Of a stretch of DNA of 64,000 nucleotides, positions 9,492 through 19,949 are shown piece by piece (the stretch's first letter is position 1; each line of letters starts with the position of its first letter). The translations under genes and the position numbers were made by a program. The notes under the pieces are model-generated. The model was not told the DNA's origin. It made no database searches and was given only the letters and a program-made list of their open reading frames with translations. The stretch covers positions 750,455-814,454 of the forward strand of contig CAVPUA010000003.1 in NCBI GenBank assembly GCA_963708805.1, in the 5' to 3' direction. Origin of the DNA: an uncultured Actinomycetes bacterium (GTDB taxonomy: Bacteria; Actinomycetota; Actinomycetes; Mycobacteriales; Jatrophihabitantaceae).

Positions 9492-9869
9492 GTGCCCAGC
9501 GGCAAGGTGAAGTGGTTCAACGCGGAAAAGGGCTTCGGATTCCTGGCCGACGATGACGGCACCGACGTGTTCGTTCACAAGGACGCGCTGCCCAGCGGCG
9601 TCGAGGAACTCAAGCCCGGACAGCGCGTCGAGTTCGGGATCGTCCAGGGTCGCAAAGGCAGTCAGGCGCTGTCGGTGCGCGTGCTCGATCCGGTGCCGTC
9701 GGTGGCCCGGGCCGTCCGCAAGCCGGCCGACGAGATGGCGCCGCTGGTCGAGGACTTGATCAAGCTGCTCGACAACGCGTCGAACTCGCTGCGCCGTGGT
9801 CGCTACCCGGACGACTCACGCAAGATCGCCGGGCTGCTGCGCGCGTTCGCCGACAACCTGGACGCCTGA
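9492..9869 (+). CDS. cold-shock protein with C-terminal extension (CspB-like)
   Basis: KVKWFNAEKGFGFL and VFVH RNP motifs. RBS AAGGAG precedes a GTG start. 125 aa. Confidence 0.9.
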   Translation: MPSGKVKWFNAEKGFGFLADDDGTDVFVHKDALPSGVEELKPGQRVEFGIVQGRKGSQALSVRVLDPVPSVARAVRKPADEMAPLVEDLIKLLDNASNSLRRGRYPDDSRKIAGLLRAFADNLDA

Positions 9870-9877
9870 CCGTCGCC

Positions 9878-10453
9878 TTACGCGAACGGCACCTGCTCGA
9901 CGATCGCGCTGTGCGTGCCGTCGGAGCTGTTGTAGGCCTCGACGAGGTAGTAGTCGTAGTCCTGGGCGCAGGCGAAGGGCACCGTCACCGATCCGCTCTT
10001 GGCCAGTGGACCCTTGCCGCCGCCTGACTTCGCGTCGGCTCCGACCAGGGCGCTCGCGACCTGGCCCTCGAGCACGTACACGCTGGTCGAGCCCTTGCTC
10101 GTCCAGCTGAGCTTGGCCGTGCCGGACGGGTCGGTGTGCGAGGTGCAGCTCACCGAGTAGGTGACGCTCAGCATCTGGGCCGGTCCGGCGACCGTGGCCG
10201 GCGACGACGACGCGGGCGCCGCCGTGGTGTGGTGCGTCGTCGCGACCGTGGTGTCGACGCGGGCCGCTTCGCTGCTCGACGGGGTGAGGGCCGGCGCCAC
10301 CGACGTCGACGAGTCGCTGGCCACGGCCGTCGAGCTGCTCGGGGTCGATACGGCGGAGGAGGAATGGCCGGCGGCGGCGCCCTTGGACGTGCAGGCGGCG
10401 AGGACGGGAAGCAGGACGGCGGTCAGCAGTCCGACGGCGGAGTTTCGTTTCAT
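9878..10453 (-). CDS. putative lipoprotein, Ser/Thr-rich
   Basis: Internal ATG MKRNSAVGLLTAVLLPVLAAC (signal peptide plus lipobox). The upstream part of ORF-track frame 9878..10816 is arginine-rich filler. Confidence 0.55.
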   Translation of the reverse strand: MKRNSAVGLLTAVLLPVLAACTSKGAAAGHSSSAVSTPSSSTAVASDSSTSVAPALTPSSSEAARVDTTVATTHHTTAAPASSSPATVAGPAQMLSVTYSVSCTSHTDPSGTAKLSWTSKGSTSVYVLEGQVASALVGADAKSGGGKGPLAKSGSVTVPFACAQDYDYYLVEAYNSSDGTHSAIVEQVPFA

Positions 10454-10503
10454 ACCCCGCAGGAGCAGCACGGGGCCGGATAAGTACCCCGGCCGGGCGG
10501 GGG

Positions 10504-11322
10504 TCAACGCAGCTCGGGCGAGGACGGGGTGAGTCCTGCCTTGTAGGCGCGATCGAGCAGGGCCGAGGCCGCGGCGAATCCCTCGTCCCCCAGGTCGCGG
10601 GTGAACTCGTTGACGTAGAGCGCGATGTGCTGCGCCTGGACCTCGGGCGACATCTCGTCGGCGTGCGCGGCCACGTAGTCGCGGGAGTCGTCCGGGTGCG
10701 CCCAGGCGTGCTCGACCGAGGCGCGGATGGTCGCGGACAGCGCGTCGGCGTCGAGCGTGCGCCGGGCCAGGATCGCCCCGAGCGGGATCGGCAGTCCGGT
10801 GTCGGATTCCCACCACTCGCCGAGGTCGGCCAGCGCGTCCAGCCCGTAGGACGGGTAGGTGAAGCGCGCCTCGTGGATCACCAGCCCGGCGTCGTAACGG
10901 CCGTCACGGACAGCGGGCATGATCTCGGCGAACGGCACGACGTCGATGCGCGCGGGCCGCTGACCCTCGGACCAGAGCCGCATCAGCAGGTAGGCGGTCG
11001 AGCGCTCGCTCGGCACCGCCACGGTCATGCCGTCCAGTGAGTCGACGCCACCAGCGGTGAGGACGAGCGGGCCGCACCCGCGCCCGAGCGCACCGCCGCA
11101 GGGCAGCAGCCGGTAGTCCTCGAGCAGCCACGGCAGCGCCGCGTAGGACACCTTGGCGATGTCGTACGCGCCCCGCTCGGTGGCGCTGTTGGTGACGTCG
11201 ACGTCGGCGAACGTGACGTCGACGGCCGGCCCGTCGACCAGTCCGTGCGTCCAGGCGTGGAAGACGAACGTGTCGTTCGGGCAGGGCGAGAACGCAAGCG
11301 ACAGAGATCGGGTGTCAGTCAT
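10504..11322 (-). CDS. mqnD: menaquinone (futalosine pathway) MqnA/MqnD-family protein, likely 1,4-dihydroxy-6-naphthoate synthase
   Basis: N-terminal SLAFSPCPNDTFVFHA is characteristic of the MqnA/MqnD (VitK2_biosynth) family. Intact 272 aa. Its start overlaps the mqnB stop (ATGA). Confidence 0.7.
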   Translation of the reverse strand: MTDTRSLSLAFSPCPNDTFVFHAWTHGLVDGPAVDVTFADVDVTNSATERGAYDIAKVSYAALPWLLEDYRLLPCGGALGRGCGPLVLTAGGVDSLDGMTVAVPSERSTAYLLMRLWSEGQRPARIDVVPFAEIMPAVRDGRYDAGLVIHEARFTYPSYGLDALADLGEWWESDTGLPIPLGAILARRTLDADALSATIRASVEHAWAHPDDSRDYVAAHADEMSPEVQAQHIALYVNEFTRDLGDEGFAAASALLDRAYKAGLTPSSPELR

Positions 11323-11920
11323 CGACGTCCATTCAACGCCACGAAAGTCGAGCTCAGGGCAGCCAGCGCCTGCGGGATGCGCCAGGCGTCGCGATCGCGC
11401 GGGCCGACGATGTTGCTGATCGCGCGCACCTCGCCGAACTGGACACCGGCCCCGCTGGCGGCCGCGGCCACTCCCGCGCCCTCCATCGCCTCGGCCACGG
11501 CGTCCGGGAACCGTTCGAGCAGGGCCTGGGCGGTGGACGCCCGGCCGGTGACCGTGCTCACGGTCAGGATCGTCCCGAGGCGCAGCCCGAACGCGGTTCC
11601 CAGCGTCGGCTCGTAGGCCGAGCGCGGCCGAAGCCGAGGGCCTCGAGCGGGACGAATCGATCGCCGTCCGCGGCTCCGAGGTCGGCGAACACGATCGAGG
11701 ACGCGGCGACGACCGACCCGATCTCGACGCCGGGGAACCCGCCGCCGATGCCGGCGCTGAGGACCCGGTCGTACGAGCCGGTGGACAGGGCCCGGGCGGT
11801 GGACGCGGCGGACTCGGCCGGTCCGACGCCGCCGATGATCACGTCGGCGTCGTTGCCGAGCGATGGCCCGATCGCGTCGCGTTCGGCCGCGACCGCGGTG
11901 ACGACCAGCAGCCGGCTCAC
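11319..11920 (-). pseudogene. mqnB: futalosine hydrolase (MqnB, MTA/SAH-nucleosidase family), frame-disrupted
   Basis: The N-terminal part (VSRLLVVTAVAAERDAIG...GIGGG) is in frame 11564..12385. The C-terminal part (EAMEGAGVAAAA...) is in frame 11319..11561. The switch is at about 11600-11640. Confidence 0.65.
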
Positions 11921-12385
11921 GCGCGTAGACGGACGACCTTGGCGATCCAGGTCGCGGTGTCCTTGCCGCCCGACTCCTGGCGAACGATCAAGTAGTACTG
12001 AGCCGCTGGCGTAGGGCACGACGACCCGCGTGCTGTGCTCGTTGCTGATCGAGCCCGACGACGCGCCGTCGACCTGCAACTGGGTGAACTTCTGGTCGGT
12101 GTCCTTCGGTGGCGGCGACCACCGACCACGTCTCGGCCGCGACCTGGCGCGGGACGTCGACCAGCATGCTGGTGCCGGGCCTGGCCTTGATCGAGGACAC
12201 CGGGCTCGAGGTGTCGACGCGGCAGTGCTGGACGTCGAAGCAGTACGTCTGCGGGCGGACGACCGACGGTGGTGCTGCCGGACAGGAACGTGATGCTCGG
12301 GGGTCGGCTTGTCGCACGCGGTCAGGACGGTGGCGATCGCGGCGACGCCGAGGGCGGCTGCGGCCAGACGGACGGGGCGCGGCAT
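11917..12385 (-). pseudogene. lipoprotein, frame-disrupted (three frames)
   Basis: MPRPVRLAAAALGVAAIATVLTAC signal peptide and lipobox in one frame. The remainder is split across two other frames and ends AAQYYLIVRQESGGKDTATWIAKVVRLRA. The stop overlaps the mqnB GTG start. Confidence 0.4.
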
Positions 12386-12421
12386 GAGGTTCCTTCGCTG
12401 TCGAGAACGGGCCGGAACTGT

Positions 12422-14169
12422 CTAGAACGGTGAGGGGCCGCTGGCGAGGTTACCGGGCGTATCGGGCCACTGCGGCGCCGATGTGGCACGGCTCATCGCG
12501 CGGTTGCGCAGGACCAGGAAGACCGCGACCGCGGCCCCGACGGCCCCACTGATCCAGAAGCCGAGGCTGCCGTTGTCGCGCCGGCAGCAGGCAGCCGATC
12601 GCCGCGCCCAGGACCCAGGCCAGCTGCAGGAACGTCTCGGACCGGGCGAACGCGCTCGAGCGCAGTGTCTCGGCGACGTCGCGCTGGATCACCGCGTCGA
12701 GAGCGATCTTGCCCAGCGCGTTGGCGGCGGCGACGAGCAGCATGCCGACGACCGCGAAGTCGATGCTGAAGACCAGACCGGTCAGCAGGGCGGCAACGCC
12801 GGCGATGCCGATCGAGAGACTGATCACCCGTTCGGGCCGCGAGAGTTTGAGGCGGGCGCCGATGGCGGTGCCGAGGAAGTTGCCGACGCCGGCCGCGCCG
12901 ACCACCGCGCCCGAGGGCCACCGCCGCCTCGACATCCGTGCCGGGTGGACTCGACCCAGAACGCCATGAAGATCGTCAGGAACCCGGACATGAACCGCAG
13001 CGCCGATTCGCCCTGCAGCGAGATGATCACCGGCGGCAGGTAGCCGCGCTGCGCCCAGGCCATGATCCGCGAGAACGGTGGGACCTTCTCCTGGACGCGT
13101 GGCCGGGCGGGTTCCTCGGGATGTCGCTCGGCCGGCTGGGCCGAGTCGACCTGCGCCGGCAGCTTGATCGCGAAGAATCCGCACGCCGCGAACGCGATGG
13201 CGGTGACCCACAGACCGGCTGGCGTCCGAACCGGTGAGCTTGATGACGATGCCGACGAAGCCGCCGCCGATCAGCGCGGCGCCGAGCCCGAAGATCGACA
13301 GTCGCGCGTTGGCCTCGACGAGCGTCATCCCGGGAGGCACCAGCCGAGGACCGGCCGCACTGCGCACCACGCTGTAGGCCTTGGAGAAGACGAGCGACCC
13401 GAGCGCGCACGGATACAGCACCAGCAGGTCGGTCGAGTGCCCGGCCATGATGACCGCCAGGACGGCGCGCCCGGCGGCCGAGCCCGCCATCGCCCACCGC
13501 CGGCCGTGCTGCACCCGATCGAGCGCGGGGCCGATGAACGGGGCGACGACCGCGAACGGGGCCATCGTCACCAGCAGGTAGAGCAGGACATTGCCGCGTT
13601 GGGCGTGCGTCGACGCGCCGAAGAAGACCGTGCTGGCCAGCGCGACGGTGATCATGGCGTCGGTGCCGTAGGACAGCACCTGGTTCCAGATCAGCGCCGT
13701 GAGCCCCGATTCGTGCGCGCCGTTGGCCTTGCTCGCCGCGATCACCTTGCGGGTGACGAGCTTGGCCGCTTTGCCCGTGCCGACCGCGGTCGCCTTGGCC
13801 GCGTGGGTCACGCGATGGGTCTCGCCGGCGGCGGGGGCGGTCGGCGGGGCAGACGTCCCCGCGTGATAGGTCGGCGCACCGAAGCCGTCGTCGGGGCGGG
13901 CCGGCGGGTAGCGGGGCTGGGCGTACTGCGGGGGCGGTGCGTAGGTCCCGGCCGGAGGGTAGGCGGCCGGAGCGGTAGGCAGTCGGCGGGACGTAGGCGG
14001 GTGGGATGTAGGGCGGCGGCGCCGCGTACCCCGGCGGTGGGGGTGCCTGGTACGGCGGCGGGACAGGTGGAGGGGGCGGCGGGACGGCCGGCTGAGCGGT
14101 CTGATGGCTGGTGTGGCCGGACTTGGAGAACCGCCTGCGCGGCGGTCCCTCCCGCTCGTCTCGTGCCAT
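12422..14169 (-). pseudogene. MFS transporter with Pro-rich N-terminal extension, multiply frame-disrupted
   Basis: MFS TM segments lie in frame 12450..14681 and are interrupted by out-of-frame stretches. The true C-terminus (NGSLGFWISGAV...) and the Pro-rich N-terminus (MARDEREGPP...PPPPPPVPPPY) are in other frames. Confidence 0.65.
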
Positions 14170-14219
14170 GAAACCAATCCTGCCGTACGCGAGCCGGAAA
14201 GGTCCGTCACAATGGAAGG

Positions 14220-15115
14220 ATGAGTGCCTCCGATCTCGCGGTTTCCGTACCGATTGCGACCGACGACGTGGTGGCCGCCGCGATCGAGCTCGCCCGGGCG
14301 GCCGCCGTCGAGGTCGGGGGCGACACCGTGGGCGAGCATCTCGGCGTGACCGCCGAGGCCGAGCACCTGATGACCCACGCGTTCGCGACATCGCTCACCG
14401 GCTACCGAGGCTGGCACTGGGCGGTGACGCTGGTCCGGGCGAGCGAGTCCGACGAGGTGACCGTCGACGAGGTTGTGCTGCTGCCGGGTGCTTCCGCGCT
14501 GCTCGCGCCGCCGTGGGTCCCCTGGAACGAGCGGATGCGCCCCGGCGATCTGAGCCCGGGCGACCTCGTGCCGACCGCTCCCGACGACGTACGGCTCGCT
14601 CCCGCTTACCGCTGTCCGACGACCCGGCGGTCGAGGAGGTCGCCTTCGAACTCGGAATCGGTCGGGTACGGGTGCTGTCACGCGATGGCCGCCTCGACGC
14701 CGCCGACCGTTGGTACGCCGGCGAGGGCGGCCCCGACACCGCGATGGCCCGGCAAGCTCCGGCGCACTGTGGCACGTGCGGTTTCTACCTGCCGCTGGCC
14801 GGCTCGCTCCAGGCCGGCTTCGGCGCGTGTGGCAACGAACTGTCGAACTCCGACGGGCGCGTGGTCAGCGTCGAGCACGGCTGCGGGGCGCACTCCGAGG
14901 CGGTCGTCGAGGCGCCGTCGCTGGCCGAACTGGTCGGCGACGTCTACGACGACGGCGAGATCATCGAGCTGGCCGAGGTCCCGGACCTGGCCGAGCTGCC
15001 CGAGGTCGTCCAGCCGGACGTGGAACTTCACGTCGAACCAGAGGTCGAGCCGGCCGCCGAGCTGCCTCAGGCCGCAGATTCGGTCGAGGTCACCGAGGTA
15101 TCGGACGCTCCCTGA
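14220..15115 (+). pseudogene. DUF3027-domain protein (conserved cspA/B neighbour in actinobacteria), frame-disrupted
   Basis: The N-terminal half is in frame 14220..15335. The C-terminal half (PLSDDPAVEEV...CGTCGFYLP...) is in frame 14111..15115. There is a 1-nt shift at about 14595. Confidence 0.55.
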
Positions 15116-15166
15116 AGCAGGGGCCCTACCACCGAGGCAATCGTCGCTGAGGCACCAGTCAAGGGG

Positions 15167-15559
15167 TCAGGGAGTACCGCTGACGTGCTCGGCGTCGATC
15201 TTGACGATCAGCCGCACTTGTTCGCGGCCGCCGTACCACGCGTACGGTTCGCCGGTGTACTTCTGGGCCAACGCATTGATCGAGTCCACTCCACCCTCGC
15301 TGGTCAGCTCGACCACCCGACCGCGCACTTGGTAGAACTGCCCGGGGGTCGACGGATCCGAGATGGCCACGGCTACGCGTGGATCGCGCTCGAGATTTCG
15401 TGCCTTCTGCATGCCCTGCACGATGTTGACCACGACGTGCTCGCCGTCGGTGTCGACCCAGGTCTGGGTGATCTGCGGTGAACCGTCCGGCATCGTCGTC
15501 GCGACGTAGCACAACGCGGGACTGCGCAGCAGCGTGACGAGCTCCTCGGAAAGCGCCAT
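15167..15559 (-). CDS. PPOX-class (pyridoxamine 5'-phosphate oxidase fold) probable F420-dependent enzyme
   Basis: Intact 130-aa ORF with the typical PPOX-class split-barrel sequence (ALCYVATTMPDGSPQ...VVVN). Confidence 0.7.
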   Translation of the reverse strand: MALSEELVTLLRSPALCYVATTMPDGSPQITQTWVDTDGEHVVVNIVQGMQKARNLERDPRVAVAISDPSTPGQFYQVRGRVVELTSEGGVDSINALAQKYTGEPYAWYGGREQVRLIVKIDAEHVSGTP

Positions 15560-15687
15560 GACTCCTCCGGCTACGAGTCGGTTGGGACCTCTGCCGGCAT
15601 CCTCGCCGGCATCGTCGACCCTACCGACGCAGAGTCAAGCGGGTGGTGGACCGTTCACGGTCGACCAGGAACTCGACGGCCGTGTCG

Positions 15688-15924
15688 TTAGATGGTGCGG
15701 CCCATCCGCCGGTGTCGGCGCATGAGCGAGTAACCGACGATCCCGAGGATCCAGCCACACAGACAGGTCCAGAGCCAGATGCGGTGATGATGCTCGCCCA
15801 GCCAGGTGTAGAAGGGCAGCATCACCACGAACAACACGAAGAAGATCGCGGTGCCCGTCGCGATGATCGGCACCGAGTTGATCTGGACCGGCGCCGGTGG
15901 CTCGCTGAGCTTGCCGTCGGCCAT
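15688..15924 (-). CDS. small membrane protein (DUF2530-like)
   Basis: Internal ATG MADGKL... followed by two TM helices. The upstream part of ORF-track frame 15688..16218 is an antisense artefact of pabB. Confidence 0.4.
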   Translation of the reverse strand: MADGKLSEPPAPVQINSVPIIATGTAIFFVLFVVMLPFYTWLGEHHHRIWLWTCLCGWILGIVGYSLMRRHRRMGRTI

Positions 15925-15957
15925 GATGCGCACGTTACCCGCGGATCGGAGGGAATC

Positions 15958-17876
15958 GTGGCGACCTCGCCAGCGCCGAGCGTGATCGAAATCGACGGCG
16001 TCGCGTCGCCCGGGGCGGTCCTGCGAGCGCTGGCCGGCGAACCCGGGCTGATCTGCTTCTGGGGCGACGGCTGGGGATCGGACGGCGGGGCGTCGGCGGT
16101 GATCACGAGCCGGCCGGCTGAGGTATCGGCGACACCCGATCGGCTGGGTGGGACCGGCGCGCCGTGGTTCGGCTGGCTCGGCTACGACCGGCCCCATCGC
16201 TTGGCCCGCCATGATCATCTGCTGCGCTACGCGGACGGCGGCTGGCGCATCGAGATGTGGCCGACCCCCGCGCGTGAGGCCGAACTGACCGCCGCGCGAG
16301 CACCGCTACCGTTCGGCGCTGCGAACCGCGGATCGAACCCGTCCGGCTGACTGGCAGGTCGGGCTGTTCGACGGTCCAGAACGCGACGAGCACCTACGCG
16401 CCGTCGAGGCGGCCGTCGGGCTGATCCGCGACGGGGAGCTCTACCAGGTGAACGTCTGCACGCGCCTGTCGGCGGCGTTCACCGGTGACCCAGTGTCGAT
16501 GTTCGTCCAGGCCGTCGAGGAGTTGCGTCCCGCGTTCGCGGCCTGCGTCGTCGACGGCGCGGACGCGGTCGTCAGCCTGAGTCCCGAGCTGTTCCTGCGC
16601 CGATCCGGTCGTGACGTGATCAGCTCGCCCATCAAGGGAACCCGGCCCCGTACGGAGATCGGACTCGGCCAACTGCGCGGGTCGGCCAAGGACGTCGCCG
16701 AGAACGTCATGATCGTCGACCTCGTGCGCAACGATCTTGGGCGGGTGGGCGAACCGGGCACGGTCGCCGCCCGAGAATTGCTTGAAATACAGGCACATCC
16801 GGGCGTCTGGCACCTCGCGTCGACGGTCGGTGCGACGTTGCGGCCCGACGTCTCGGACCGGAGCTGATCGCCGCGACGTTTCCGCCCGGTTCGGTGACCG
16901 GCGCGCCGAAGCTGCGGGCGATGCGCGCGATCAGCGAGCTCGAACCGTCCGCGCGCGGCGTCTACACCGGCGCGATCGGCTACTCGACGCCCGACGCGGC
17001 GGTCTTCAACGTTGCCATCCGGACGTTCGAGATCAGCCGTGGCCGCATCGAACTCGGCGTCGGCGGCGGCGTGACCGTCGACAGCGTGCCGATGCTCGAA
17101 TGGCACGAGACGAGACACAAGGCCGCTCCGTTGATCACCGCGATCGGGGGCTCGCTGGCTGCCTCCACCGAGGTCCGGCCAACCGATGATCAACTGGCCG
17201 GCGGTCTGCTCGAGACGATGTTGTCGGTCGACGGCGAGCTACGGCGATCGGCCGATCACCTGGCTCGGATCGACCTCTCGTGCCGCGAGCTCTACGGTGT
17301 TCCCGCTGCCGGGAGACGCCGCCGCACGGGTGCTGAGGGTGGCCGCCGCCGCGCCCGGACACACGACCGTGCGCCTCACCGTGATGCCGAACGCGGCCGT
17401 CTCGGTGACGGCGTCACCCGTCTCGCCGCCCCGGCCGGCGTTGGCGCTGACGACGTCGGTCCGGGCGGCCGGCTGCTGGCGCCACAAGTGGGCCGACCGA
17501 TCCTGGGCCACTGACCCTGACGCGATCTTCGCCGACGAGGACGGGACGTTGCTCGAGACGAGCTGGGGCAACGTATTCCTGTCTGGCTCGCGACGGCGGG
17601 ATCGTCACGCCGCCGTTGCGCGACGACCTGCTGCCGGGCGTCACCCGGCGCGCCGTTCTCGATCTGGCTCGCGACGACGGCCGGCGGGTCGAGTTGCGCG
17701 GCTTCGGGACGGACGAGGCTCGGACGGCGCGGGCGATGTTCAGTTCGAGCAGCATTTCGGGCCTGGTGCCGATCGCGTCGATCGACGGGGAGCGCCTGCC
17801 GCGCGGCGACGCTACTGTTCGTGCTCTGAGCGAACGCCTCGGTTTGGCTATGGCTCCGAGCGAGACCGTTAGCTAG
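15958..17876 (+). pseudogene. aminodeoxychorismate synthase component I fused to class-IV aminotransferase (PabB-PabC-like), multiply frame-disrupted
   Basis: Chorismate-binding motifs (SPELFL, GAPK..AM..I.ELE..RG.Y.GA.GY) and the PabC-like C-terminus are spread over at least four frames: 15643.., 16448.., 16894.., 17186.., 17616... The GTG start follows RBS GGAGGGAA. Confidence 0.65.
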
Positions 17877-17885
17877 GCTAAGGAG

Positions 17886-18321
17886 ATGGTATCCGTGTCG
17901 ACCGCCGATATCGAACTTGCCGCTGCGCTGCGGCCTTCACTGCTGCGGCTCGTGCGGCTGATCCGTCAGCAGCGGGCCGACATGTCCGTCACGCTCGGGC
18001 AGCTCTCGGCCCTGGCGACGCTGGAGAAGAGCGGCCCGATGAGTGCCGGCGAGCTGGCGTCCTGCGAGCGGGTTCAGCCGCCGACGATGTCGAAGGTGCT
18101 GGCCAGCCTCGAGGAGTCGGGCTACCTGCGGCGCGAGGCGCACCCCACCGACGGCCGGCAGGCGATCATCGTGTTGACCGACGTCCGGGCGCGAGTTGAT
18201 CGAGTCGGAGCGGCGAATCCGGGACGCGTGGTTCAACCAGCAGATCGCCAAGCTCGACACGGACGAGCGCGAGCTGCTGGCCAACGTCGTGCCGATCATC
18301 GACAAGCTGGCGGACCTGTAA
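17886..18321 (+). pseudogene. MarR-family transcriptional regulator, C-terminal frame disruption
   Basis: The winged-HTH core is in frame 17886..18359. The expected C-terminus (GRELIESERRIRDAWFNQQIAKLD...ADL*) is in another frame ending at 18321. The shift is at about 18185. Confidence 0.65.
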
Positions 18322-18336
18322 CGGCAGAATGGCCGG

Positions 18337-19115
18337 ATGCGCCTGGTCGAGATAGCTGATCCGGACGACCCGCGCCTCGACGACTTCCGCGGCCTCACCG
18401 ACTCCGACGTTCGGCCTGATCGCCGCGGCGTGGTGATCGCCGAGGGTGTGAACGTCGTCGAACGACTGGCGGCCTCGCCGTACCCGATCCGCGCCGTGGC
18501 GGCCGTGCCCGGTCGTGTGGACGCGCTCCGCTCCGCTCTCGAACCGCACGACGTGGACGTCTTCGTCCTCGACAAGTGGACGCTGTCCGAGGTGGCCGGC
18601 TTCCGGATCACCCGCGGCGTGCTGGCCTCGGCCGACCGTCCGCCGCCACCCGACGTCGACGAACTGCTGCAGCGGCGCCAGTCGGCTGGCGGTCCTCGAA
18701 GGGCTGAACGACTTCGAGAACCTCGGCGCCCTGTTTCGCAACGCGGCGGCCTTCGGCGTCGACGCGGTGCTGCTCGATCCGCAGACGGCCGACCCGCTGT
18801 ATCGGCGCAGCGTCCGGGTGTCGATGGGTCACGTGCTGCGCGTGCCGTTCGCGGTGCTGCCCGGCGCGTGGCCGGACTCGCTCGACGCGCTGGCCGGCTT
18901 CGAGTTGCTCGGCGCTGACCCCGCGGCATACGGCCGTCGATCTGCGGGCGATCGAACGCCCGGCGCGGTGGGCGGTGCTGCTGGGCGCCGAAGGGCCGGG
19001 GCTCACCGATGCCGCTCTGGCGCGGGCTCGGCCGGTGCGCATCCCGATGGCCGTGGGCGTCGACTCGCTCAACGTGGCGACGGCGGCCGCGGTGGCCTTC
19101 GCGCACCTCACCTGA
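18337..19115 (+). pseudogene. SpoU/TrmH-family RNA 2'-O-methyltransferase, frame-disrupted
   Basis: Three frames (18337.., 18515.. and the tail ending at 19115) together give SpoU motifs (LEGLNDFENLGALFRNAAAFG; GAEGPGL; VDSLNVATAAAVA). Confidence 0.65.
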
Positions 19116-19939
19116 GCTGACCGGATGTGGTGGCCAGCAACGTCACGTCGATCGCCGCCAGCCCCAAGATCAGGATGAACGACGACCGCGCGGCCGGTCG
19201 CCGCAGCCGAAACGGCAGGGCCCCGAGCACGACCGCCGCGACGACGCCCAGAGCCACGAAGTCGAACGGCCGTCGTGACGTCAGCGTGATCAAGGCAGTG
19301 GCCGCGACGAGCAGACCGGCCGCCAGGACCAGCGACGGACGGGCTCCCAGGCGATGCGGCAGTCCTCGCACGCCCGTGCGCAGGTCGTCGCCGATGTCGG
19401 GCAGCACGTTGGCCAGGTGCGCCGCGACGCCGAGGCAGGCGCCCCCGGCGAGCGCCCACCATCCCGCGATCCGGGGCGAGGGCAGGGCCAGGGTCGCGAT
19501 GGCCGGCAACGATCCGAAGGCGAGGGCGTACGGCAGCCACGACAAGATCGTCGCCTTGACGCCCAGGTTGTACGCCCACCCGCACGCGACAGCCGCCAGA
19601 TGGAGCAGACCGGCCCGCCAGCCGAGGGCCAGCGACAGACCGATCGTCGAGCAGCAGGGACGCGGCTATCGCGGCGTCGGTCACCCGCGGTGGTACCGCT
19701 CCGGCCGCCAGCGGCTTGTCGGTGCGACCGACGAGCGCGTCCCGGGCGGCGTCGATGCGGTCGTTCGACCAGCCGATGGAGAGCTGGCCGGTGAGCACGG
19801 CCGCGGCAAGCAGAACGCACGTCCCGGGCGAGTTGCCGGCAACCGCGCCGAGCACCGTCACGAACACGGTGACGGCGACGCACGGCGCCGGGTGGCACGA
19901 ACCGAGCAGCGCGATCGACTGACGCGCGACCCGGTTCAC
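19108..19939 (-). pseudogene. UbiA-family prenyltransferase, frame-disrupted
   Basis: The N-terminal part with NDRIDAARD (the NDxxDxxxD motif) is in frame 18608..19939. The C-terminal TM-rich part is in frame 19108..19545. Confidence 0.55.
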
Positions 19940-19949
19940 CTCGCCGAGG

